A DNA stretch of 64,000 nucleotides from an uncultured bacterium (GTDB lineage Bacteria; AUK180), in NCBI GenBank assembly GCA_937863565.1, contig CALMGJ010000029.1:10991-74990 (forward strand), written 5' to 3'. Position 1 is the first letter of the stretch, and the number at the start of each line of letters is the position of its first letter. Below the pieces are notes generated by a model that saw nothing but the letters and a program-made list of their open reading frames with translations, made no database searches and was not told the origin of the DNA. Shown piece after piece: positions 17,945 through 26,854 of the stretch. The translations under genes were made by a program, and so were the position numbers.

Positions 17945-19180
17945 TTCGGAGACTTCCTTACAGAAGTTTCTTGCATTGTGGAATATCTCGCTTATCGAAA
18001 GGTATTCCCAAGCCGATGATCGGCCGAAGAAGAAAACACCGGAATTTTTCATGCTGTTCTGGAATTCTTTTATTCTTCCGTATGAACTGTCGTAAACAGG
18101 ATATGCATAAGGGATCATCCTTTCATCCCGGACGATTATATCGGATGCTTTCAAAATGCCCAATGATTCCAGCGCCTCTATCACAACACTGCTTTGGGGA
18201 GGAGAATCACTGAAACTCGTTTCCACGTACAGGCTCTGCTTACCCGGGGGACAGAGCGAAGCAGAGATATTGGAGAATGAACCTATCCTGTAGAAAGGGA
18301 TCTCGGGAGACGGGTAATAAGCCCAATGAAAAGGGAACTCAGCCGCATTCAGACCCAGGTTGAGATCGTGAACGTTCACATATGCCGGTTTAAGGTCCAT
18401 TTGCGAACCGGACAACAGAAGGAATTCCGGAAAAGGAATGGTCGTGATCAGGGCATCGAATCCTATTTTCTCTCCGTCTGCATGAAGGATCTTCTTCGAA
18501 ATATCTACGGCCGAGACCTTGATGCCGGTCCTGATATTCTCACCGTACGCTTTCGCAAAATTATCTATGATGGCCTGTATCCCCCCGGCCGCAGGATATC
18601 GGAACTCTGCATTGTATCCTGCACCCGCTCCGCCGGTTTTCAGAGAGGCGATCATCTCCAGTTTATCCGGTGCGGGAAGGTATTTGGAAAAATAGGAAGC
18701 CTTGATCCGCGATAGCGGCATCCTGTAGAGTTTTTCATTGTACGGTTTGAAAAAATTCTCGTATAATCCGTCCCCGAATCTCTTCTTCACCCACGTATCG
18801 AAATCCGTGTTTTCCGAGAAAGGTTCCGGCTGGCTTTTCAAGATCTGATCTATTACCTCGTTCCGAAGCCGCGGGGAAAGGTGTCTGATATTCAATTGGA
18901 CCGGGTAAGGGATATATTTGTTCTCGATGTATACGGCGGCATTACGGACAGTCTTCTTCAACTCTATTCCGTAATGTTCCGTGAAAGAAGAAAGCGAAGG
19001 GTTCATCGAATGCAGGAGATGACCGGTCCTGTCGAACAGGAATCCCCCGCTGCGGAATGTCCTGAGAAGCCCTCCCGGTTCATTCTCCTTCTCCAGCACT
19101 GTAACTTCATTGTCCCTTGAAAGCCTGGCAAGGCAATTCAGGCCGGCAATGCCTCCGCCGAGAATAACGATCCTTTTCAT
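17930..19180 (-). CDS. FAD-dependent oxidoreductase (amine-oxidase / protoporphyrinogen-oxidase / UDP-galactopyranose-mutase-like)
   Basis: The N-terminal Rossmann dinucleotide motif is present: MKRIVILGGGIAGLNCLARLSRDNEVTVLEKENEPGGLLRT. Confidence 0.7.
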   Translation of the reverse strand: MKRIVILGGGIAGLNCLARLSRDNEVTVLEKENEPGGLLRTFRSGGFLFDRTGHLLHSMNPSLSSFTEHYGIELKKTVRNAAVYIENKYIPYPVQLNIRHLSPRLRNEVIDQILKSQPEPFSENTDFDTWVKKRFGDGLYENFFKPYNEKLYRMPLSRIKASYFSKYLPAPDKLEMIASLKTGGAGAGYNAEFRYPAAGGIQAIIDNFAKAYGENIRTGIKVSAVDISKKILHADGEKIGFDALITTIPFPEFLLLSGSQMDLKPAYVNVHDLNLGLNAAEFPFHWAYYPSPEIPFYRIGSFSNISASLCPPGKQSLYVETSFSDSPPQSSVVIEALESLGILKASDIIVRDERMIPYAYPVYDSSYGRIKEFQNSMKNSGVFFFGRSSAWEYLSISEIFHNARNFCKEVSESIND

Positions 19181-20184
19181 CGTCCTATTTTCCGGAAAAC
19201 GGATATCGTTAAGAACACCCCTGCCGCACCTATTGCGGAAACGGCGAGCGGCGCCAGGCCTTTCATTGTAAGCATTGCGGCTCCGGCTACAGATGCTGCG
19301 GAGGATATAAGAAGAACAAAAGCGACGATCCTGATGTCCTGAACACCCGCCTTCTTCATTCTCACGGGGATATGGTGCGGAGAACCGCGGAACGGGGAAA
19401 TGCCTGCCGATATCCTTGATATAACGACGAGGCCCATTTCACATATCAGATAGAAATGGAAAAGAAGAGGGGCCGGAAGCGCGAACTTGTTAAAGGCCGT
19501 GTATCGAAGTCCTATTGCGATATATCCGGCCATGAAACCGAAGAAAAGGGAACCGCTGTCCCCTGCAAATATCTTCGCCTTAGGCATATTGAAGACCCAG
19601 AAGCTCAGCACGGCGCCGAAAAGAGGAAGGATCAGATACATGATCTCGGTATCAGATGTAATGAAGGCAACATAGTATGATGAAGCAAGAAAAACCAGGA
19701 ACACAGAGGATGAAACGCCGTCGGAAACATCCGCGATATTGAATGCGTTCATAGTGAACAGAAGCCACAGCACCGTTAGGGCTTTATTCGCCCATTCCGG
19801 AAGGAACATGAATTCGATCCCTGTTCCGTAAGACAGAAGAACGATAGCAACGATGATCTGGCCGGCCAGCTTCACTCCCCAGCCGATGCGGTAAATATCG
19901 TCCACAAGGCCGATGAAAAGTATCAGAAGCGAGCATACAAGAAGACCTTTGTATATCGGCATAACGGCATATCTGACAAGATACCATTCTATAAGAAGGC
20001 CGCAAATGAATGCCAGAAATACGAGCACGCCGCCGAAATACGGCTGGGGTTCTCCATGTTTTTTCAATACGCCGTCCGGTACATCGGTTATCTTCAATTT
20101 CAATGCAAGGGTTCTCACGGGGATAAAGAGGATGAGGCCGGCAAGGAAAGAGAAAAGACTAATCAGCATTGTAGAGTCGCTCAA
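19177..20184 (-). CDS. Polyprenol-phosphate sugar-1-phosphate transferase, MraY/WecA family
   Basis: It is a multi-TM protein with the family signatures NAFNIADVSDGV and FAGDSGSLFFGF. Confidence 0.8.
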   Translation of the reverse strand: MSDSTMLISLFSFLAGLILFIPVRTLALKLKITDVPDGVLKKHGEPQPYFGGVLVFLAFICGLLIEWYLVRYAVMPIYKGLLVCSLLILFIGLVDDIYRIGWGVKLAGQIIVAIVLLSYGTGIEFMFLPEWANKALTVLWLLFTMNAFNIADVSDGVSSSVFLVFLASSYYVAFITSDTEIMYLILPLFGAVLSFWVFNMPKAKIFAGDSGSLFFGFMAGYIAIGLRYTAFNKFALPAPLLFHFYLICEMGLVVISRISAGISPFRGSPHHIPVRMKKAGVQDIRIVAFVLLISSAASVAGAAMLTMKGLAPLAVSAIGAAGVFLTISVFRKIGR

Positions 20185-21292
20185 GCCCTTCCAGCATGGC
20201 TTCGAGGGAGAATTCCCTGTCTATGCTCTTCATAGCGGCTTTAGACATATTTTCGAACACATCATTGTCTTCGCAGAGCAGAAGGAGTTTCTGTACAGCT
20301 TCTCCGGCTTCGGAGTGCTTGAACAGGAACCCGTTCTTGCCGTCCTTTATGATCTCCTTTACGCCCCCTATCTCCGAAGCTACTACCGGTTTCCCAAGAA
20401 GCAGGGCTTCGATCAGAGTGCGCGGCATGCCTTCCCATAACGATGTGGACAGGTAAATATCGGAAGCGGCAAGCCATTTATACGGAGACCTTTTAAATCC
20501 CGGCATCAATACGCGGCCTGAAAGGCCGCTTTTCTCCACGATGTGTTCCAATGCCGAACGGGATTCCCCGTCCCCGATGATAAGCGCGGTGATATCATCT
20601 TTTTTTTCCGCAACGCCCTTTATGATCTCAATGAAAAGCGGGAGATTCTTCTGCCTTTTGAACGGGGCTATATTGATTATGATCTTTTTATCCTCCGGCA
20701 ACCCGAGTTCTTTTCTCAACGCCGCACGATCCCCTTTGAATGAACATACTTTCTCGAAATCTATCCCTACCCTGAGCAGCTCATACTGCTCCTTTCTCCC
20801 TATGCAAAGAGCCCTTGCGGTTTCCATATCGTCGCCGGATACGAATATCAGCTTGTGACAGTTCCGTGCCGCGGAACGCTCTCCCATTATTGCGAGTCTT
20901 TTCATTATCCCGTTACGGAAATAATGAAAACCGAAACCGTGAACGGTATGTACGATCAAGGGCACTCGGGCAGACCTAGCCGCTTTACGGCCGAGGATCC
21001 CCGCTTTGGACGAGTGTGTATGCACGATATCCGGACGCTCTTTTTTCATTATTGACTTTAAAGCCTTGAGTGCTTTAATATCCGAATTCAGGTCCAACTC
21101 CCTCTTCAGAGGCGCCAGAAAATATTTTTTATATGAAGGGTCCCCTGCAGACTCCGCGGTCAGTATCCCCCTGTTATTTGATACGAGGACGACCTCATAT
21201 CCTTTCCCGGCGAAATACCGGGCGCTGGCCAGCACCATTAATTGGGCACCTCCCAGCTCGAGCTGGGTTATCACATACATGATCTTCTTCAT
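20159..21292 (-). CDS. Glycosyltransferase family 4
   Basis: The N-terminus YVITQLELGGAQ and the C-terminal EGMPRTLIEALLLGKPVVASEIGGVKEII are GT4 signatures. Confidence 0.8.
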   Translation of the reverse strand: MKKIMYVITQLELGGAQLMVLASARYFAGKGYEVVLVSNNRGILTAESAGDPSYKKYFLAPLKRELDLNSDIKALKALKSIMKKERPDIVHTHSSKAGILGRKAARSARVPLIVHTVHGFGFHYFRNGIMKRLAIMGERSAARNCHKLIFVSGDDMETARALCIGRKEQYELLRVGIDFEKVCSFKGDRAALRKELGLPEDKKIIINIAPFKRQKNLPLFIEIIKGVAEKKDDITALIIGDGESRSALEHIVEKSGLSGRVLMPGFKRSPYKWLAASDIYLSTSLWEGMPRTLIEALLLGKPVVASEIGGVKEIIKDGKNGFLFKHSEAGEAVQKLLLLCEDNDVFENMSKAAMKSIDREFSLEAMLEGLERLYNAD

Positions 21293-21293
21293 C

Positions 21294-22241
21294 TCAGAAA
21301 CCGATCACTTGCTGAGTACCGTTATCTATGATGTAGAGCTTCTCACCTTGATCGATGAAGATCCTGAACGGCCGTATGAACGGCTGAGCTGCGCCAAAGG
21401 ATGTCCATGAAGCCAAAAGATCGCCTGTCAGGCTGAAGAACAGGACCTTCCCGCCGGCAGGGTCCGTAACAACGAGATACTTCGAGAACCAGAATTCCAT
21501 ATCGGAAATATTGGATATGCTCTTTGTGTACTTCAAAGGAAAGGAGAAGATGTATTCTCCTCTCGGGGAGAATACCTTGATCTTATTGCCTGCGCCGACA
21601 TAATAGTTCCCCGATTCATCGACGGCCACCGCCTGAGGATACTCGAAGGAACCGTCCTGCGTGGTTGTGCCCTCGATAGTCATGAGCACATTCTCTCCGG
21701 AATCCGTTTCAAGCAATCGATGGTTGTACGTATCGATCATGATAAAAAAACCGCTCGTTTGATTGTATTTGAAACTGGACGGGTAGAAAGGATTTTCCTC
21801 GTCGTCGTAAGAAAAATCGTAAAGGGTGTTCAGGAATTTACCGTCGGGAGAGAAAATGTGTACCTTACGCGCCATAGAATCGAGGATGTACAGCACATTG
21901 TTCGAAACGGAATAGAACATGTCCGACGGGAATTTAAATGCCTCTTTCTCGCCTGATTCAGCGGGGGTGGACCCTACCGAGATGAGATAGTTCCCAAGAC
22001 CGTCGAAAAGGTTCAGTCTTTTCTTGCTTCCGCCTTCGAGAGTGAAATAGTATTTTCCGCTGAAAGCGAAATCTCTCAGGTCCATAGGTTTCCCGATCTC
22101 TTCAGTATCGAGGATCACTTCCGCTCCTTCCTTATTTTTCGCCTTCAGGTATTTCGAGTCCTCCCCGGCTTTCAAGTTAGTCATTATGGCGCACCCGCCA
22201 AAGATGACACATATAACGGCAATGATCATCTTCCTCATCAT
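21294..22241 (-). CDS. NHL-repeat beta-propeller lipoprotein
   Basis: A lipoprotein signal is present (VICVIFGGCA). Repeated NHL-like blades follow (...YILDSMARKVHIFSPDGKF..., ...YVGAGNKIKVFSPRGEY...). Confidence 0.6.
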   Translation of the reverse strand: MMRKMIIAVICVIFGGCAIMTNLKAGEDSKYLKAKNKEGAEVILDTEEIGKPMDLRDFAFSGKYYFTLEGGSKKRLNLFDGLGNYLISVGSTPAESGEKEAFKFPSDMFYSVSNNVLYILDSMARKVHIFSPDGKFLNTLYDFSYDDEENPFYPSSFKYNQTSGFFIMIDTYNHRLLETDSGENVLMTIEGTTTQDGSFEYPQAVAVDESGNYYVGAGNKIKVFSPRGEYIFSFPLKYTKSISNISDMEFWFSKYLVVTDPAGGKVLFFSLTGDLLASWTSFGAAQPFIRPFRIFIDQGEKLYIIDNGTQQVIGF

Positions 22242-23845
22242 TCGCTCCTAACAAGAGATTTTAAATATTTCAGCTGCAATTTAGCTTCATTGGAAAAGGG
22301 ATCTATCTTCAGTATATCGGAGAACGCTTTAAAAGAATTTGCGAATTCCCTCATATAGAGATACGACCATCCTAGAAATTCCAGAGCTTCGATATTCTCT
22401 TTCTGGAATTTCAGGAAAGTCCGGAAATACTCCGCGGCGTTCTTCATCAGATAATCACGCCGTCTCAGGTCAGCAAGCGTCAATTCGGAACTGATATCAC
22501 CCAGAGTAAGGCCCTTTAGAAAATAAATTTTTCCGGCTGTAAGATAGATATCGGCAGCATTAAGGCAATTTTTCTCCATGTTCTCTACTGCCATCATGAT
22601 CTCGTCAACAGCCTCGTCTAGCCCGGTGGCCATCTCTTCCTTTGTATAATATTTTTCTAAGGATACTTCGTAGAGGAATTTTGAATATTCAAAATGCGCC
22701 TGGTATTTCGACGGAGGCAATTTTTTTATCTCTCCCAACAGTTCTACAGGATAACTTTCATCTTTTCTTGCAGTGTAGTACTTGGCCATGAGCAGGTAGC
22801 CCATGAACTCATCGGGGTGGACGCGCAGAAGTTCGTTGATGAACCTGTATGCAGTGGGAAGGTCAGTTTCGAGCGCATACTGGGAAAACAGGATAAGGTT
22901 TTCCGCAGGTATCTTCTTGATCTTCCTTTCAGTTATTCTTTTCAGGAGTTCCAGCACTTTCTCCTTTATATCCAGAAGATAGTAGACCCTGAGAGAGAGT
23001 GTGTAATATTTCAGATAGTCCATTTCGTCAAGTTTCCTGATATCATCCTTCGAAATCCTGTCAAGGTTCGTCTTGGCATCGATGATCCGCCCGAGATTGA
23101 AATCGGTTTCCGCGTTCAATATCAGGTATTTCGACTGCACTTCCTTAAGGGCGACGGCATCTTCTCTTCCGAACTTTAAAAGGTAAATACTCAGAAGAAG
23201 GCTCAGCGATTCATTGTACCTGATCTTTCTGTAGATCTCGGTCAGTTCTTCATAAAGTTTTTTATCGTCGGGGAATTTAAGGATAAGTTTTTCATATTCC
23301 ATTCCGAGTGAATCGTATTTACGGATCTTCGCATAATGTTCGAGTAATTTCCGGTGATAGTATTCGTAGTCTATCTCCCTGGAAGGGTCCAGCCTGTCCA
23401 CATTAGCGATCATGTCGAGCACACGCTTCCTGATCGCGACCTTATCCCTGTCTATACTGACGCCGTTGGAGAGTCTGATGCCCTCGTTAAGAGAAGCATT
23501 CTTCAGATAGTGCATACCTTTCCGTTCATTTCCGGTTTGGATGTAAATCAGTCCCATTAGGACATTGAAACCGATCTTACGCGGCGAGATCTTCAGGATA
23601 TCCTCGCATATGATCTGGGCTTGTTCGTACTCCTTTAATTTATAGAGGGCCAGAGCCTGATAATACTTGATCAATGCCCGGGATTGCGGGTCCTCTGTTT
23701 CAAATTCAGGCGTAAGGATGAGTTTATCGTAATATTCGGCGGCTTCCGCGAATTTTTTTGAAGCGATCAGTTCCTGGCCCGCATTGTGATCCAAAGCGGC
23801 AATAGCCGCTCCGAAAAGCATTAAGAAAACGGCCAATCTCTTCAT
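22238..23845 (-). CDS. Secreted TPR-repeat protein
   Basis: TPR-like repeats run throughout the protein. The likely start is MKRLAVFLMLFGAAIAA at 23845, overlapping the PBP1A stop (ATGA). The tracked ORF extends to a GTG at 23878. Confidence 0.65.
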   Translation of the reverse strand: MKRLAVFLMLFGAAIAALDHNAGQELIASKKFAEAAEYYDKLILTPEFETEDPQSRALIKYYQALALYKLKEYEQAQIICEDILKISPRKIGFNVLMGLIYIQTGNERKGMHYLKNASLNEGIRLSNGVSIDRDKVAIRKRVLDMIANVDRLDPSREIDYEYYHRKLLEHYAKIRKYDSLGMEYEKLILKFPDDKKLYEELTEIYRKIRYNESLSLLLSIYLLKFGREDAVALKEVQSKYLILNAETDFNLGRIIDAKTNLDRISKDDIRKLDEMDYLKYYTLSLRVYYLLDIKEKVLELLKRITERKIKKIPAENLILFSQYALETDLPTAYRFINELLRVHPDEFMGYLLMAKYYTARKDESYPVELLGEIKKLPPSKYQAHFEYSKFLYEVSLEKYYTKEEMATGLDEAVDEIMMAVENMEKNCLNAADIYLTAGKIYFLKGLTLGDISSELTLADLRRRDYLMKNAAEYFRTFLKFQKENIEALEFLGWSYLYMREFANSFKAFSDILKIDPFSNEAKLQLKYLKSLVRSE

Positions 23846-25845
23846 TCCAGCCATTTTACGTCCTTTAAGCTGTCCCACAGAATATCATTCTCTTTCCTCG
23901 GGGATTTTTTAGTGACTTCAGTCCCTTCGATGAAAGGCAGGAAGATTCTTCTTTCTGAATAAGGGCTGGCAAGCAACCCTGTGTCCCTGTCAATTTCCAG
24001 GAATTTTATCCCTGAGGGCATACGGAAATCAACCGGGACCTCTTTTTTTAGGATGGGGGCCATCGCACGGTTCCAGACAGGCGCTGCCACTGCGCCGCCT
24101 GTCATATCTTTCCCGAGGCTCTTCTGGGGATCGTCGTTGCCTATATAGACCGCAGTGACATAGTTCGGAGTATAACCGATGAACCAAGCGTCGGTATAAG
24201 AATTGGTAGTACCGGTTTTCCCGGCTACGGGATAGCCTTTCACACGGGCGGCCATTCCCGTTCCGTGCGCTACGGCCATCTTCAGAACCCAATTCATGAG
24301 AAATACCGTTTGATCATCAATGATCTTCTTCCTTGAAATGTCCGCTTGTTCAAGGACCCGTCCTTTCTGGTCCTCAATCCTCTCGATGAAATACGGTTCG
24401 ATCCGGAAACCGCCGTTGGCAAGAACGCTGAAAGCCCCTGCAATCTCAAGAGGTGTAACTTCATTGGAGCCAAGAGGCAGTGATGCTATAGGGGCAAGAT
24501 ATGACTTGATACCCATTTCCCTTGCAGTCTTCAGAAGTTCGTTCACCCCGATACGGAGCAGGACTTTAAGAGCTACGATATTGATCGATCTTATTATCGC
24601 GTCATAAACCGTTACGGGGCCGAGAAATTCCGAATAATTCTTTGGAGCCCATCCGATAAGATCCTCCTGTTCGGGATCTTCGCTCTGTTTTTTTTCAAGT
24701 TCGGGAAAATGGATCGGACCGTCGACCCATAGATCGGCCAGGGTTCCTATTCTGTGCTTGAAGTATGTGGTGTAGAGAAATACTTTGAATGCAGATCCGC
24801 ATTGCCGTGGTGCTTGAGTTGTCCTGTTGAACTTGCTTTCATTATAGTCCCTGCCGCCGACCATTCCGAGTATTCCTCCGGTCAAAGGGTCGAGCGTGAT
24901 CACGCCTCCCTGCCGGCCGCTGTCCTTCAAAGCGTCTTCAAGGGAAGTCTGAACATCGTTGCGCAGTGTCGTATATACTTTAAGCCCTCCGTTGAAGGTT
25001 ACAGCATAACCGTACTTATTCACAAGGTAAGTTACGACATAATCGCGGAAATACGCCGCGAAATCGTGTTCTCTCTTTCCTTCGACGATCTCTATCTTCT
25101 CCTTCACAGCATCGTCGAACTCCCGTCTGGTGATGAACCCATGCTCGAGCATTTTTTCAAGGATGACCTTCTGCCTTTTCAATGCTCTGTTCAGATGACG
25201 AACGGGATAGAAATAACTGGGCCGCTGGGGCACCGCTGCAAGAAGGGCCGCTTCGCCTAGCGTGAGATCCGAAGGTTTTTTATTGAAATAAGAAAGAGAC
25301 GCCAGAGAGACGCCGAAATTGCCGTGACCGTAATTGATCAGGTTTAAATAGAGTTCCAGGATCTGGGATTTGGAATATTCCATCTCTATCTTCAATGCGA
25401 AAAGCGCTTCCTTGATCTTCCTTACAAGCTTTTTCTCGGCTCGGTTAGTCATGTTCTTGGCAAGCTGTTGGGTGATCGTGCTTCCGCCCCCCTTTTTGCC
25501 CATGAAAACGATGGCTCTGATAAGCGGTTTAAAGCGCAAACCCTTATGCGAAAAGAAGAAAGGGTCCTCTATGGCCAAGGTAGAATTGATCACATACTCG
25601 TTCATCTCGTCAAGCGGGATGATCTCCCTTTTCTCCGCGAAAAGGGGACAGATCAGCTCTCCGCCGCGGTCGAACATCTGTGTTTGTTCCTTGGGCTGGT
25701 AAATATCCAGATCGATCGGGAATTTCATTAGCGAGACATAGACAATGAGAAGGAGTGAAAGAAAGAGCCCTCCGAGGAACGGAATGAGCGCAAAAAGGTA
25801 GTATCGCGCAAAGAACGAGGATATACCCTTGAACGCCTTTCTCAT
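23842..25845 (-). CDS. Class A penicillin-binding protein (bifunctional glycosyltransferase/transpeptidase, PBP1A)
   Basis: GT51 motifs are present (EDPFFFSHKG, GGSTITQQLAKN). Transpeptidase motifs are present too (SAFK, KTGT). A single N-terminal TM anchors it. Confidence 0.9.
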   Translation of the reverse strand: MRKAFKGISSFFARYYLFALIPFLGGLFLSLLLIVYVSLMKFPIDLDIYQPKEQTQMFDRGGELICPLFAEKREIIPLDEMNEYVINSTLAIEDPFFFSHKGLRFKPLIRAIVFMGKKGGGSTITQQLAKNMTNRAEKKLVRKIKEALFALKIEMEYSKSQILELYLNLINYGHGNFGVSLASLSYFNKKPSDLTLGEAALLAAVPQRPSYFYPVRHLNRALKRQKVILEKMLEHGFITRREFDDAVKEKIEIVEGKREHDFAAYFRDYVVTYLVNKYGYAVTFNGGLKVYTTLRNDVQTSLEDALKDSGRQGGVITLDPLTGGILGMVGGRDYNESKFNRTTQAPRQCGSAFKVFLYTTYFKHRIGTLADLWVDGPIHFPELEKKQSEDPEQEDLIGWAPKNYSEFLGPVTVYDAIIRSINIVALKVLLRIGVNELLKTAREMGIKSYLAPIASLPLGSNEVTPLEIAGAFSVLANGGFRIEPYFIERIEDQKGRVLEQADISRKKIIDDQTVFLMNWVLKMAVAHGTGMAARVKGYPVAGKTGTTNSYTDAWFIGYTPNYVTAVYIGNDDPQKSLGKDMTGGAVAAPVWNRAMAPILKKEVPVDFRMPSGIKFLEIDRDTGLLASPYSERRIFLPFIEGTEVTKKSPRKENDILWDSLKDVKWLE

Positions 25846-26804
25846 CTGCTGTACTCCTTCGAATCCACAAGTTCCCCGTTCAGATATACTTCTACGGATG
25901 CAGTTTTTATAAACTTGATGATCTTGGATATCTTGTAGCCGCCCATGATCCTTTCATTGAGGAAGGTCAATTTCACACCATCCTCGATCAGGACCGCTTT
26001 CAGCCTTTTTCTTCCCGGGAAATTCCCGAACTCGTATTCGTAGGTCTCGTACCTGTATTCGTCAGCCGAAGTATCCTTTATCTTCGTGGGTGTGTATGAA
26101 GATGTGTCCGCGCCGGTGATATCTGTCACTTCGAATTCGATCGCGGAACCGATCCTGACCATCGTTCCGGGAAAGATCGACTGATAAACGATGTCGCCTT
26201 TCGTTTTCGGATTGATCTCTTTAAGCCCCATGTCCTTAATGACCTTTCTTACGAATTCATAATCGTTCTTCATCAGATACGGAACGATAACATAGTCCTT
26301 AACCATCCCGTCATTCACTGTTACATCGATACGGGACCCCTGCTCTGCCTTCGTACCGGCCGGAGGGTCCTGGTAAACGATCTGATTCTTGAGGTTGATC
26401 TTACCCTTGGCCGTCTTCACACGCCCAAGGAGCAGCCTGCTATCCCTAAGAACGCTCCCTGCGTTCTCTATGTCAAGCCCACTAAGATCGGGAACACTGA
26501 TACGGTAATCGTTTTTCGCCACATAGATCTCGACCGGATAATTTTTCAGAATGACCCGGCCCCTCTTGGGATACTGGTAATAAACGATATCGTTATCATA
26601 TTCCTTGGTCTCCTGATCGATCACTCTGAAATGCACCCTTTCCTTTCTTAGGATGGCCCTGGCTTCTTTCTCGGTAAGGCCGATAACGGACGGAACGATC
26701 ACTTCCTTCTTAACAATGAATATATCGAGCCCGAGGAAGAACGAAAGGGCCAGAACGACAAGGGCTGCCGAAGTATAGATGATGAAAAGGATATTTTTTC
26801 TCAT
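25842..26804 (-). CDS. Membrane-anchored protein with three PASTA domains and an uncharacterised C-terminal domain
   Basis: It has an N-terminal TM followed by three PASTA-like units of about 65 aa. The units begin VIVPSVIGLTEKEARAIL..., ISVPDLSGLDIENAGSVL... and VIVPYLMKNDYEFVRKVI.... No kinase or transpeptidase domain is attached. Confidence 0.7.
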   Translation of the reverse strand: MRKNILFIIYTSAALVVLALSFFLGLDIFIVKKEVIVPSVIGLTEKEARAILRKERVHFRVIDQETKEYDNDIVYYQYPKRGRVILKNYPVEIYVAKNDYRISVPDLSGLDIENAGSVLRDSRLLLGRVKTAKGKINLKNQIVYQDPPAGTKAEQGSRIDVTVNDGMVKDYVIVPYLMKNDYEFVRKVIKDMGLKEINPKTKGDIVYQSIFPGTMVRIGSAIEFEVTDITGADTSSYTPTKIKDTSADEYRYETYEYEFGNFPGRKRLKAVLIEDGVKLTFLNERIMGGYKISKIIKFIKTASVEVYLNGELVDSKEYSR

Positions 26805-26854
26805 AATTTAGTATTATATTAAATTTCGCCGATTTTTGCAAAACATGTCTCGAT

